A DNA stretch of 64,000 nucleotides from an uncultured Candidatus Rokubacteria bacterium (lineage in GTDB: Bacteria; Methylomirabilota; Methylomirabilia; Rokubacteriales; CSP1-6). The stretch covers positions 544,001 through 608,000 of the forward strand of contig CAVXJS010000021.1 of the NCBI GenBank assembly GCA_963762145.1. Reading direction: 5' to 3'. Positions 18,795-29,167 of this stretch are shown piece by piece; the first letter of the stretch is position 1; each line of letters begins with the position of its first letter. The position numbers were made by a program, and so were the translations under genes. The notes beneath the pieces were generated by a model. It worked only from the letters and a program-made list of their open reading frames with translations, had not been told where the DNA came from and did not search any database.

Positions 18795-20144
18795 ATGGAT
18801 GGCCTGCCGCTCGACCAGATTCTCGCCGCGTTCATGTTCGCGGGGATGATCGCCTTCCTCTTCCTCGGCTTCCCCGTCGCCTTCAGCCTCACGTTCACCG
18901 GGCTCCTCTTCGGCGGGCTCGGCGTCGCCTTCGGCCTCCTCCGGCCCGACTTCATCAACATCCTGCCCATCCGGATCTGGGGCACGATGACGAACTTCAC
19001 GCTGCTCGCGGTGCCGCTGTTCGTGTTCATGGGCGTCGCCCTCGAGAAATCCGGCATCGCGGAGGAACTGCTCGAGACCATGGCCCTGCTCTTCGGGCAT
19101 CTCCGCGGCGGCATTGCCATCTCGGTGGTGGTGGTCGGGGCGATCCTCGCGGCGTCCACCGGCATCGTCGGCGCGAGCGTCATCACGATGGGAATGATCT
19201 CGCTTCCCACCATGCTCCGCCGGGGCTACGACAAGCGGCTCATCTGCGGGACGATCTGCGCCTCCGGCACCCTCGGGCAGATCATCCCGCCCAGCATCAT
19301 CCTCATCTTGATGGGCGACATCATGGGTGTATCGGTAGGGGACCTCTACATCGGCGCCGTCCTGCCGGGTCTCATCCTCGTGGTCCTGTATGTCCTCTAC
19401 CTCGCCGCCATCTCGTGGTGGAATCCGGGGCTCGCCCCCGCCATCGCGGCCGGCGAGATCGCGGCCTTCCGCGCCGACGCGGCGAAGCGCGTCGGGCTCG
19501 CCCTCCTGCCCGCCTTCGGGCTGGTGGTCGGGGTGCTGGGGTCGATCTTCGCGGGTGTCGCCTCGCCGACAGAGGCGGCCTCCGTGGGGGCCGTCGGCGG
19601 GCTCGTCCTGACCGTGCTCAAGGGGCGCTTCTCCATGGATATGCTCCGGAACGTCATGCGCGTCACCACGCGCATCACGAGCCTCGGCTTCATCATCCTG
19701 GTGGGCGCCAACTGCTTCGGTCTCGTGTTTCGCGGGCTGAACGGCGACCACCTCGTCCAGGATTTCCTGAAGTCTCTCCCGCTCGGACCCTACGGCGTGC
19801 TCGCCCTCGTCATGTTCGTGATCTTCCTGCTCGGTTTCTTCATCGACTACTACGAAATCTGCTTCATCCACGTGCCGATACTGGTGCCCGTGCTCGTGGA
19901 CCACTTCGGCTTCAGTGCCCTGTGGCTCGCCATCGTCATCAGCGTGAATCTCCAGACGTCCTTCCTCACGCCCCCCTTCGGCTTCTCTCTCTTCTTCCTC
20001 CGGGGCGTCGCCCCGCCCGAGGTGGCGACCGTCGACATCTACCGCGGCGCGATTCCGTTCGTCATGCTCCAGCTGATCGGCCTCGCCCTCACGATCGCGT
20101 TCCCCATCCTGGTCTTCGGCCCGCTCGCGTTCTTCCGGGGCTGA
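18795..20144 (+). CDS. dctM: TRAP large permease
   Basis: GFPVAF, LAVPLFVFMG, GTLGQIIPPS, QTSFLTPPFG. Confidence 0.92.
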   Translation: MDGLPLDQILAAFMFAGMIAFLFLGFPVAFSLTFTGLLFGGLGVAFGLLRPDFINILPIRIWGTMTNFTLLAVPLFVFMGVALEKSGIAEELLETMALLFGHLRGGIAISVVVVGAILAASTGIVGASVITMGMISLPTMLRRGYDKRLICGTICASGTLGQIIPPSIILILMGDIMGVSVGDLYIGAVLPGLILVVLYVLYLAAISWWNPGLAPAIAAGEIAAFRADAAKRVGLALLPAFGLVVGVLGSIFAGVASPTEAASVGAVGGLVLTVLKGRFSMDMLRNVMRVTTRITSLGFIILVGANCFGLVFRGLNGDHLVQDFLKSLPLGPYGVLALVMFVIFLLGFFIDYYEICFIHVPILVPVLVDHFGFSALWLAIVISVNLQTSFLTPPFGFSLFFLRGVAPPEVATVDIYRGAIPFVMLQLIGLALTIAFPILVFGPLAFFRG

Positions 20145-20172
20145 GCGGCGCCCTCCGAGGAGGACCCCCGCC

Positions 20173-21054
20173 ATGCTGCGTGATCACGGACGCTTCGCGT
20201 ACTCGGCGATCGTGGATCGCCCGGACTGGAGCTGGCCGGGCGGGCGCCGCCTCGCCGTGTACCTGGCGCTCAACCTGGAGCACTTCGCCTACGGGGAAGG
20301 CCTCGGCCTCTCCTACTCTCCCGGGATCCCCCATCCCAACACCTACAACTGGGCCTGGCGAGAGTACGGCAACCGCGTGGGGGTGTGGCGCCTTCTCGAT
20401 CTGTTCAAGCGGCTCGAGCTGCCCGTCTCCCTGCTTCTCAACTCCGAGGTGTACCAGCACTGCCCGGAGGTGGTGGCGGCGTTTCGCGCCCGCGGCGACG
20501 AGGTACTCGGCCACGGGCGCAGCAACTCCGAACACCAGAACGACTTCGACGAGGCCGGGGAGACCGCACTCATCCGCGACGTCACCGAGGCCATCACCCG
20601 ATTCGAGGGGCAGGCCCCGCGCGGGTGGCTGAGCCCGGGGGTGAACCCGAGCGCGGTGACGCCCGATCTCCTGCAGGAGGCGGGATACACCTACCTCCTC
20701 GACTGGCCGATGGACGACCAGCCCGTGTGGATGAGGACGCGCCGGGGCAACATCCTGAGCGTGCCGTATCCGCATGAGGTGAACGACATCCCGATGATCG
20801 CGATCCACCACGGCACCGCCCCCGCATTCGCCCAGATGATCGTGGATACCTTCGAGGAGATGCTGGAGCAGTCCCGGCACCAGCCACTGGTCTTCGGCAT
20901 CGCACTGCACGCCTTCCTCGTCGGTCAGCCCTTCCGCCTGCACCACCTGCGGCAGGCCTTCGAGCACATGGTGCGCCGCCGCGCCGAAATCTGGCTCGCC
21001 ACCACCGGCGCGATCGCGCGGCACTTCGCCGAGCGCGTGCCCCCGATCCCCTGA
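20173..21054 (+). CDS. Polysaccharide deacetylase family (PuuE-like CE4)
   Basis: WPGGRRLAV, EYGNRVGVWR, GHG, PRGWLSP, DDQP, IALHAFLVGQP. Confidence 0.88.
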   Translation: MLRDHGRFAYSAIVDRPDWSWPGGRRLAVYLALNLEHFAYGEGLGLSYSPGIPHPNTYNWAWREYGNRVGVWRLLDLFKRLELPVSLLLNSEVYQHCPEVVAAFRARGDEVLGHGRSNSEHQNDFDEAGETALIRDVTEAITRFEGQAPRGWLSPGVNPSAVTPDLLQEAGYTYLLDWPMDDQPVWMRTRRGNILSVPYPHEVNDIPMIAIHHGTAPAFAQMIVDTFEEMLEQSRHQPLVFGIALHAFLVGQPFRLHHLRQAFEHMVRRRAEIWLATTGAIARHFAERVPPIP

Positions 21055-21077
21055 GCCGCTCAAGCGCGCGCTCTAGC

Positions 21078-23036
21078 TCAGGGGCCGAGACGCCAGACCG
21101 CCGCCGCGGCGTCCCGGTGAAGCAGGCGCGCGTCGCCGATCGTCTCGAGGGCGGCGTGCTGAGTCGGCAGCTCCGCGGACCGGCCGGGGTGCGCCAGGCG
21201 CACCGCCACGACCACGCTGACCCCGGAGGCGGCCAGGTTCGCCCGCAGCGTCGCCGGATCGACCGTGAGATCGCCGGGCTCCATCGCGTCGCCGATCGGG
21301 CGCGTGGAAACGCGACCGTCACCGTCCACCCGCACCGGCTGGAGGTGATTGCGGTCGCCGAAGGCCGGATAGATCCATTGATCGCCGAACACGGCGACGC
21401 GCGCCCCGGCCGGCTGGCGATCCAGCACCGCCACCACGGCCCCGAACAGCGGCTCGCCATGGATCAACGCCGTCGTCGCCGCGACCTTCGTGCCGTGCGA
21501 CCCGACCACACCCGCGGCCGCGCCGAGCGCAAGCGCGCCCAGCACCAGTAGCCGCCCGCGCGTCGTCATGCGCGACGGCACGGCGGCGGCCGCCGACCCG
21601 CGTGGCCGGCGCGCGATGGCGTCGAGGAGAAATCCGAGCGCGACCCAGCCGAGGATGGGGATGAGCGCGACGAACCGCATGCTGTCCCAGTGGATGAAGC
21701 CCGCGCGGAAGGTCAACGCGTTGCCGGCGGAGTACGGAGCGAACGGCAGCAGGAGCAGGATCGCGGCCATCATGGCGAGCCCCCCGCCCGCGAAGTAGCG
21801 TTGAGCGCGGGTCAGGAGCCGTCGATGCCATGCCAGCCAGCCGGCCAGGCCGAGCAGTCCCAGGGCCGCGAGCAGCGCATGCGAGCGCGGCCAGTCCGCG
21901 TACACGACGAGGGCGTCGGCGATCATCCTCCCCGCGCCGTACCGGTGCGCGTACTCGAGCAGCGTCGTCTCGGGAAACGTGGTGCCCGGCCAGATCAGGA
22001 GCTTCGCCGGGTACACGGGGTTGCCGGTGTGCACGACGTTGCGCACGTACCAGTAGCCGCTTGTCGCCGCCCACGACGCCGCCACGACGAGCGTGACCGC
22101 AACGGCTCCACGCCAGCGCCCCCGCGTCCACCCGCGTCGCGCGACCATGCTCAGGACGAGGAGCGCCAGCGGGGCGGCGCTGACCTTCACCCCCAGGGCG
22201 ATGCCGCTGAGCAGTCCCGCGTACGCGGCGTCGGCGCCGACGTCGCGCGCGGCCTCGTCCGGCCCGCGGGGCACCGCGAACACCAGGCTCCCGAACAGGG
22301 CGGCGGCCAGGGCCAGGTCGGCGTCCGAGAAGCTGGACGCCATGACGCCGATCCTCGGCGAGGTCGAGAAGAGGACGACCGGCACCGCCCACGCGCCCGG
22401 CCGACACCCCACCCGCGCGAGCAGCGTGGCGGCGCCGCCCGCGACGATACCGGCATAGAGCGGGCCGGTGAGGCTGACCCAGGCCAGCGCCTCACCGCGG
22501 GATCCCTGCAACGGGGTCATGAACCACGTGGCGACGACGTCCGCCGACAGCGGATACCACGCCTGCATCGTGAAGGCCTGCGGTGGGCTCGGCGCGGCGA
22601 GCGCGTGCTGCCGCAGCCAGAGCGCCGGGTAGACCATGTGGTAGGTGTAGTCGTCCCAGATCCACAGCCCGGTCGCCTGGACGACGTGGGGCCACGCCCA
22701 CACGCCGAGCACGCCGGCGGCGGCGACGGACACGAGCAGCGCGGTGGGCGAGAGCGAGCCGGCGCCGCCCGGACCCCCGTCATGAGGCGCGGCGCGCCGG
22801 ACGAGCCACAGCCCCGTGGCGACCGCTCCCGAGAGGAGCAGTCCGAGGCCGGCCGGCGTGAGCTCCCCCAGCAGTCCGGCGGCGAGGACGAGCGAGTGGA
22901 CGAGCACGAGGTACCCGCTCAGCGTGGCGAAGACCAGGTGGCCCGGACGAGCGGCATACCCGGCCGTGACCGCGAAGGCGCCGGCGACGAAGACGGCCCC
23001 GCCGTTGAGGACGAGCCAGACGATCAACGCACGCAC
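21078..23036 (-). CDS. Large polytopic membrane protein (GT-C-like glycosyltransferase candidate)
   Basis: Many TMs; WDDYTYH, GIALGVK, WYVRN..TGNPVYP; start uncertain. Confidence 0.7.
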   Translation of the reverse strand: MRALIVWLVLNGGAVFVAGAFAVTAGYAARPGHLVFATLSGYLVLVHSLVLAAGLLGELTPAGLGLLLSGAVATGLWLVRRAAPHDGGPGGAGSLSPTALLVSVAAAGVLGVWAWPHVVQATGLWIWDDYTYHMVYPALWLRQHALAAPSPPQAFTMQAWYPLSADVVATWFMTPLQGSRGEALAWVSLTGPLYAGIVAGGAATLLARVGCRPGAWAVPVVLFSTSPRIGVMASSFSDADLALAAALFGSLVFAVPRGPDEAARDVGADAAYAGLLSGIALGVKVSAAPLALLVLSMVARRGWTRGRWRGAVAVTLVVAASWAATSGYWYVRNVVHTGNPVYPAKLLIWPGTTFPETTLLEYAHRYGAGRMIADALVVYADWPRSHALLAALGLLGLAGWLAWHRRLLTRAQRYFAGGGLAMMAAILLLLPFAPYSAGNALTFRAGFIHWDSMRFVALIPILGWVALGFLLDAIARRPRGSAAAAVPSRMTTRGRLLVLGALALGAAAGVVGSHGTKVAATTALIHGEPLFGAVVAVLDRQPAGARVAVFGDQWIYPAFGDRNHLQPVRVDGDGRVSTRPIGDAMEPGDLTVDPATLRANLAASGVSVVVAVRLAHPGRSAELPTQHAALETIGDARLLHRDAAAAVWRLGP

Positions 23037-23171
23037 GTCATGGCGGCCGCGAGCTCTCCGCCAGCATAGGCCGGCCGCGCGCGGAATGCACGACCGCCCT
23101 CTTCGCAAACACCACCGGCGAGCCCTCTGCTATCCTTGGCCTGCTCCAGCTGGAGGGGAGATCAAGCCACC

Positions 23172-25641
23172 ATGCCGAGTGCGGCCGACTTCGAGAAGCT
23201 GGGCGTTTTCTACCTGGGCCGGCCTTACGACTGGCAGCAGAAGAAGGCGCAGGACGGGGTGATCCTCTACGACTCGAAGGACCTGGTCACCCACGCGGTC
23301 TGCGTCGGGATGACCGGCAGCGGCAAGACCGGCCTCTGCCTGGCCCTGATCGAGGAAGCGGCCATCGACGGCATCCCGGCCATCCTCATCGACCCCAAGG
23401 GCGATCTGGCCAACCTCCTGCTCACCTTCCCCGAGCTCAAGCCCGAAGACTTCCGCCCCTGGGTCAACGAGGACGACGCGCGCCGCAAGAGCCTCTCGGT
23501 GGACGACTACGCGCGCCAGCAGGCCGAGCTCTGGCAGAAGGGGCTCGCGTCCTGGGGCGAGGACGGCGCCCGCATCCAGCGCCTGCGCGACGCGGCCGAC
23601 TTCGCGGTCTACACCCCCGGGAGCAATGCGGGCATCCCGCTGTCCATCCTCAAGTCCTTCGCGGCTCCGCCCCCGGCGATTCGCGAGGACGAGGAGCTGC
23701 TGCGCGAGCGGATCGGCACCACCGCCACCAGCCTGCTCGGCCTCCTCGGCATCGACGCCGACCCGATCAAGAGCCGGGAGCACATCCTGATCGCGACGAT
23801 CCTCGATGCCGCGTGGCGCCAGGGACAGGAGGTCGACCTCCCGGGCCTCATCCAGCAGATCCAGACGCCGCCGGTGAAGCGCGTCGGCGTCCTCGAGCTG
23901 GACGCGTTCTTCCCCTCCAAGGACCGGTTCGCCCTCGCGATGTCGCTCAACAACCTGCTGGCCGCCCCCGGCTTCGGGGCCTGGATGGAGGGCGAGCCGC
24001 TCGACGTGGGCAACCTGCTGCACACGCCCGAGGGCAAGCCGCGCGTGGCCATCGTCTCGATCGCGCATCTCAACGACGCCGAGCGCATGTTCTTCGTCTC
24101 GCTCCTGCTCAACCAGGTGGTGGGCTGGATGCGCACGCAGTCCGGCACCACCAGCCTGCGCGCGCTGCTCTACATGGACGAGATCTTCGGCTTCTTCCCG
24201 CCGGTGGCGAACCCGCCGTCGAAGACGCCGCTGCTCACGCTGCTCAAGCAGGCCCGCGCCTTCGGTGTGGGCGTGGTGCTCGCCACCCAGAATCCGGTGG
24301 ACCTCGACTACAAGGGGCTCTCCAACACCGGGACCTGGTTCATCGGCCGGCTGCAGACCGAGCGGGACAAGGCGCGCCTGCTCGACGGCCTCGAGGGCGC
24401 GGCCGGCGGCGCCGGGAAGGGGTTCGACCGCTCGGAGCTCGAGCGCATCCTCTCGGGGCTCTCGAGCCGCGTCTTCCTGATGAACAACGTGCACGAGGAC
24501 CGCGCCGTGGTGTTCGAGAGCCGCTGGGCCATGTCCTATCTGCGCGGGCCGCTGACGCGCGCCCAGATCAAGACGCTGATGGATCCGCGGCGCGCTGCCG
24601 CCGCGCCCGGCGCCTCGAGCGCGGCCGCTCCCGCCAGGGGCGGTCGCGCGGCCACCGCCACGCCGGCCTCGGCCCCGAGCGGAGGGAGCGAGCGGCCGCT
24701 CCTGCCGCCCGACGTCCCTCAGCATTTCGTCCCGGTGCGTGGCACCGCGCCCGCGGGATCGACGCTCCTCTACCGGCCCATGCTCTTCGGATCGGCCCAG
24801 GTCCGGGTGGCCGACGCCAAGAGCAAGGTGGACCTGAGCCGCGACCTGGCCTTCCTCGCTCCGATCACCGGCGAAGCGGTGCCGGTGAGCTGGGAGCAGG
24901 CCGCTCCGGCCACCATCACCTCCTCCGACCTGGCGCCGGCCGCCGAGGGCGAGGCGGCTGTTCGCCGAGCTGCCCGCGGCGGCGGGCCGGAAGAAGAGCT
25001 ACGACGGCTGGACCAAGGACTTCGCGGGCTGGCTACTCTCGTCGCAGCGGGTCGAGCTGCTGCGCAGCCCGTCGCTCAAGGCGGTGTCCCGGCCGGAAGA
25101 GTCCGAGCGCGACTTCCGGGTGCGGCTGCAGGAGTCCACGCGCGAGACGCGAGACCAGGCCAAGGAGAAGCTGCGCCAGAAGTACGCGCCGAAGATCGCG
25201 GCGCTGGAAGAGCGCAAGCGCCGGGCCGAGCAGGCGGTGGCGCGCGAGAACGAGCAGGTCAAGCAGCAGGGCCTGCAGACCGCGATCTCGGTGGGCGCGA
25301 CGATCCTGGGGGCCTTCCTCGGCCGCAAGTCCGTCTCGGTCGGCAGCATCGGCCGCGCCACGACCGCCGCCCGCAGCGCGGGCCGCGTCCTGAAGGAGAC
25401 GCAGGATGTGGGTCGCGCCCGGGAGTCGGTGGCGGCGGTGGACGAGGCGCTCGCCCGCCTCGACGAGCAGTTCAAGGCCGACGCGGAGGCCGCCGGCGCG
25501 GCGACCGATCCGCTGACCGAGGAGCTCGAGACGCTGGCGCTCAAGCCCACGCGGCAGAACATCTCGGTCCGGCTGGTCACGCTGGCCTGGGCCCCGCACT
25601 GGCGCGACCGCGCCGGCGCCCTCTCCCCGGCCTGGGAGTAG
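23172..25641 (+). CDS. HerA/FtsK-superfamily (DUF87-like) P-loop ATPase with a +1 frameshift near 24955
   Basis: Walker A GMTGSGKT, Walker B LYMDE, QARAFGV, ATQNP; the C-terminal coiled coil continues in another frame to TAG 25641. Confidence 0.85.
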
Positions 25642-25731
25642 GCCAAAGAGGGTCAGTAAGGCTTACCCGGTCTCTTGGATCCTGCAGGGGATTGAGTCGC
25701 GTTTCCCCTTGATTCTCCCCAGTTTTCGGCC

Positions 25732-25747
25732 CGGCACGCCCCTTGCG
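25732..25747 (+). promoter_or_regulatory. sigma54 -24/-12 promoter candidate
   Basis: CGGCACGCCCCTTGCG (GG-N10-GC) upstream of SD AAGGAGG and ATG 25777. Confidence 0.6.
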
Positions 25748-25776
25748 ATGCTCCACTATCACAAGGAGGATCAGCC

Positions 25777-25974
25777 ATGGTTGAGACCGGAACGATCCTG
25801 TTGGCCTTCGGCGTGGTACTGGTCGCTATCGTTTTAGCCTTCGGCCTGGACTGGCTTGCCGTCGCGATTCCTCTCCTGTTTGCCACTGGAGGGGCCTACG
25901 TGCTCTTCACGCTGATCCGGCTTTGGTCGCGGCGCGGGCGGCGCAAGAAGACGCACGACCGGATGGCGGCTTAG
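25777..25974 (+). CDS. Small 2-TM membrane protein
   Basis: Strong SD, two hydrophobic helices, basic tail. Confidence 0.7.
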   Translation: MVETGTILLAFGVVLVAIVLAFGLDWLAVAIPLLFATGGAYVLFTLIRLWSRRGRRKKTHDRMAA

Positions 25975-26010
25975 TCCCATAGGAGCCGGGGCCGGGCGCA
26001 ACGTCCCCGC

Positions 26011-26367
26011 TCATCTGCGCCGGGCCTCATAACATCCGAGATGGGCGTCCCCCTCGGGCTCGCGGTAGCGCGGTTCGCCGGGTCGAATCGGCTTCCGGCA
26101 GTGTCGACACGTCGGCTCCACCGGCATGCCACTCGACTCCTCGCGCCAGATCGTGTAGCACGCGTCGTGCGCCACCAGGACCACACCGGGTCCGTCGACC
26201 TGACACTCGACTTCGGCTGGGCCGATTTCACGACGACATACAAGGCAGGGTCGGCCGGTGCCGCGATGGGGATTGTACGCCCCACGGACAGACGGTAGAC
26301 GCCCTTGCGCCAACCGGATTCGTACCTGCTGCCGCAGCTGCTCCTCGGGGAGTGATGAGGTCGTCAT
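26011..26367 (-). CDS. Small protein with two Zn-finger-like modules
   Basis: CLVC...HDAC and CRHC...HLGC; SD GGAG. Confidence 0.65.
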   Translation of the reverse strand: MTTSSLPEEQLRQQVRIRLAQGRLPSVRGAYNPHRGTGRPCLVCRREIGPAEVECQVDGPGVVLVAHDACYTIWREESSGMPVEPTCRHCRKPIRPGEPRYREPEGDAHLGCYEARRR

Positions 26368-26504
26368 GGCGACTCCGGTATGACTGGCTCGTGTGACAAG
26401 GAGGTTGTAGCGGAGCCAGATGCCACGGGGTGGGACGCCACGGCGCGTCAACCAGCGAGCCCGATGGAAGGCAAACGAAGCCTACACCCTATAGGTGAAC
26501 CGAA

Positions 26505-27206
26505 CTAGAGAGAGGAAAGCATCGTTACACCGAGTATCGGCGGGCCGACTGGCCTGCTCGGATCGATGTCTACCCTGGCCATGACGGGTCGGAGGTTTTT
26601 CCCCTCCACCAGTATCTCGGCGGCACATGCATCGCGGAGCGCCCCGCTCGACGTGTTCACCGCCCACGTATAGGGGCCTCTTACCGACCCAAACAGTAAG
26701 TGGAAGTGGTGGTGTCCCGACTGGATTGACGTATTGATCCGACGACCAACCGCACCCTCCCCATACCAAAACAATTCCAGCTTGCCAATGGTCGGCCCGG
26801 GTGTAACGGACGCCAGGTAGACATGGACATCTTCAGCGGTCTGGCCTCTGTTCCAGACACCAAGGCACACCTGCGTGCCCGACTCGTCGTAACAGCCCTC
26901 ACATCGAGGATTGAAAGCTACTTCCAGGTTTGGCTCCGAGGCGGTCCGATGGGCCATGGCGCGGTCTCTGCGGTGGATTGCATCGTCTCTATCGCGGATC
27001 GATCGGTATGACCCTTCAAGCACGGCCGCGACGAAGAGTACCAGCCAGCCGATCACCCACTGCCACCACTCGAGTGCTGGAAGAATGTTCGGCAGACGCC
27101 ATTCATCCTTGAAGGATTGATAGAGCTGCAGGAGGACATACACGGTCGTCAGCGTCCAGACCCATGGACGCCAGACCACTTCCTTCCAAGCGCGTAAGCG
27201 GCCCAC
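26505..27206 (-). CDS. Hypothetical protein with two N-terminal TM helices
   Basis: Long low-GC ORF; start uncertain (GTG 27206). Confidence 0.55.
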   Translation of the reverse strand: MGRLRAWKEVVWRPWVWTLTTVYVLLQLYQSFKDEWRLPNILPALEWWQWVIGWLVLFVAAVLEGSYRSIRDRDDAIHRRDRAMAHRTASEPNLEVAFNPRCEGCYDESGTQVCLGVWNRGQTAEDVHVYLASVTPGPTIGKLELFWYGEGAVGRRINTSIQSGHHHFHLLFGSVRGPYTWAVNTSSGALRDACAAEILVEGKNLRPVMARVDIDPSRPVGPPILGVTMLSSL

Positions 27207-27305
27207 GATGCTTGCCCTGGTCCTGCCATAGCCTAGCGCTTCTTTCGGCGGGCAGTAAACCGTCGTTTCGGCGTGTCCACGCCCGGCGCGAGGGGGCCAC
27301 TCTGG

Positions 27306-27342
27306 CCTCACGAGAAATGGAGGGTCTCGTGTATCGTGGTTG
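27306..27342 (+). repeat. 37-bp direct repeat, copy 1 (att-like)
   Basis: CCTCACGAGAAATGGAGGGTCTCGTGTATCGTGGTTG, identical to 33510-33546. Confidence 0.92.
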
Positions 27343-27709
27343 GTCCACGACGCCCCTCGACACACCGAAAGATGCAGGTTCTGATCCTGCAAAGGACGGC
27401 AAGACGTAGCATCGCGTACCGCGCATCCGCAAGCCCCGCGCAACCGACGCGGATGAGCTGAAACGGCCGAATCCGGTTGCCGGGGCCCCCTTCCCGGGTC
27501 CCATCGGGAGCTTGGCCCTGCCCGTGGCCGCGTGCGCGTCTCGCGTGGCCAAATCGACAAATCGGGCTGCACGCAGTTCCTGAGCCTGCGAATTGAGAGC
27601 TGCAAATCTAACAACCCCTCCGGGGTCAATCCCGGGATGCGGTGCGGTTCGCTGTCGTCAGCTTGACCTGCCCACGGCTGACTTCTAGCCTCGTCCTAGG
27701 AGGTATGCG

Positions 27710-27994
27710 ATGAAGGAGAGCCGGATTCTTGCCATGGGTATGGCGCTGCTTTTCGCTGGCTGTGCATCTTCGTCACCGGATGCTGCCAAAGTCCGCGTCG
27801 TGAATGACGCGAAGCTCGTTAGCACCTGTCAGGTGCTCGGCACGGTGGCCGACAACGAGTTCGAGGACCTGCAAAAGAAGGCGGCTCGCCTGGGCGGGGA
27901 TGTTGCCCTCATGACACCAGAGCGCAAGGCGAAGGGCGGCTACTTCGGGCTCCAAGACTACATGACCGCTGACGTGTACAGGTGCCGTCGGTGA
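27710..27994 (+). CDS. Small lipoprotein
   Basis: Lipobox FAGC; SD AGGAGG; TTGACC-N17-TAGCCT promoter at 27663-27691. Confidence 0.8.
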   Translation: MKESRILAMGMALLFAGCASSSPDAAKVRVVNDAKLVSTCQVLGTVADNEFEDLQKKAARLGGDVALMTPERKAKGGYFGLQDYMTADVYRCRR

Positions 27995-28065
27995 TCTTCT
28001 CCCGATAGTCTGACACCAAGGGCGGTGAAGGAGTGCTGTCCCTCACCGCCCGAGGCGGCTGGGAG

Positions 28066-28353
28066 CTAGCGCCGCTGGTACGGGTTCGTGCCGAGAGTGT
28101 TCGGCTGCGTCCCGTAGAGCCCGGAACTTCTCGGCGACCGCGTTCCCGGCTGTCCCGTGTAGGGGTTCACGTTCCCCTGCGTGGACCAGTTGTTGAGGCG
28201 GTTGCCGTCTGTCGTGGAGCGCATGTGAGGCTGGACGTAGGTGCCATCTTGCCGCGTGTAGCCCCGGACGCGCGTGTCTCCCGCGATAGCGGTTCCGACG
28301 AGCGGCGCGAGGGTCAAAACGGCCAGAAGTGAAGCGAGGACAAGTCGCAGCAT
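28066..28353 (-). CDS. Small secreted protein (VRGYTRxDGTYVxPH...GNVNPYTG family)
   Basis: Signal peptide plus a recognisable motif of a widespread hypothetical family. Confidence 0.75.
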   Translation of the reverse strand: MLRLVLASLLAVLTLAPLVGTAIAGDTRVRGYTRQDGTYVQPHMRSTTDGNRLNNWSTQGNVNPYTGQPGTRSPRSSGLYGTQPNTLGTNPYQRR

Positions 28354-28569
28354 CTTTGCTGGACCTTCTGTCGGGTACTCGCACAGGACGATGGGGCTCT
28401 ACCCGTGGCGTCAGACTAGCAGGTCTAGGAGCAACGAATCGGCAAATCAGCCGTAGGCACGCTGTCTCCGAGGGTGCTCACTTGACGAGCCGCCCGGCTC
28501 GCCCTACGCTGCCGCCGATGCCGAACACGCCGCCCGTGCCTGTTCTCGCTCCCGCCGAGCAGACTTGAC

Positions 28570-28713
28570 ATGCCGGAACTGCTCGCCGCCCTCGACGCAT
28601 TCCTGCAGGAGCCCGCGGGCCGCATCACAATCGACGCGATCGTGACGATGCTGACGTGGCACGACGACAACCACCTGGACCAGTTGCGCCGGGCGCTGGA
28701 AGGGAAGGCCTGA
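28570..28713 (+). pseudogene. Chimeric remnant ending in a DinB-like C-terminus
   Basis: MPELLAALDAFLQEP fused to GRITIDAIVTMLTWHDDNHLDQLRRALEGKA* (HDxxH). Confidence 0.45.
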
Positions 28714-28826
28714 GAGCGTAGGAAACACTAGCACCCTCCGGCGGCGGTCGCCCCGTCCGTGGCCCCCGGCCCCGTGACGTAACCTCCCAGACTCGGACGC
28801 TGGCCGCCCCAGGAGCCGCTGCCACA

Positions 28827-28919
28827 GCCGGAATGTTCCTCGCCATTCCGATCATCACGGTAGTCAAAGTGCTAGTGGCGAGCAGCGCGAAAAACCTCAA
28901 AGCGTACAGGCTGGTCTGA
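28827..28919 (+). pseudogene. C-terminal fragment of an AI-2E family transporter
   Basis: AGMFLAIPIITVVKVLVASSAKNLKAYRLV*. Confidence 0.45.
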
Positions 28920-29167
28920 AGAGATCACGCCTCAGGTTTCGACCAGAGCTACCGCGTAATGGTCGCTACGTCCAAGCATCGGATGGTGGAGGACAGTTAC
29001 ATTTAGGTGACAGGGCGCCGCTGCTGAGACCGCAAGCTTTAGTGGCCGAGGGTCGCTGCTGCTGCAAGACGCGCGGCATTTGCGTCCACTCCGAGCAGCG
29101 CGTTCGCCAGGGCCAGAGCGGTTGTATCGTCGCTTCTCGACGGAGCTGAGGTTTGCATGCGTGCCAA

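Noticed and set aside
1-25641. Sir2 plus HerA-like ATPase as a Sir2-HerA defence system
   Set aside because: The genes are 22 kb apart, and the Sir2 is a short CobB-type deacylase.
27372-27391. tRNA T-arm-like hairpin TGCAGG-TTCTGAT-CCTGCA near repeat copy 1
   Set aside because: No D or anticodon arm, and the acceptor spacing is too short for a tRNA.
27449-27475. Hammerhead-like CGGATGAGCTGAAACGGCCGAATC
   Set aside because: The core deviates from CUGAUGA and GAAA, and no stems I/III were found.
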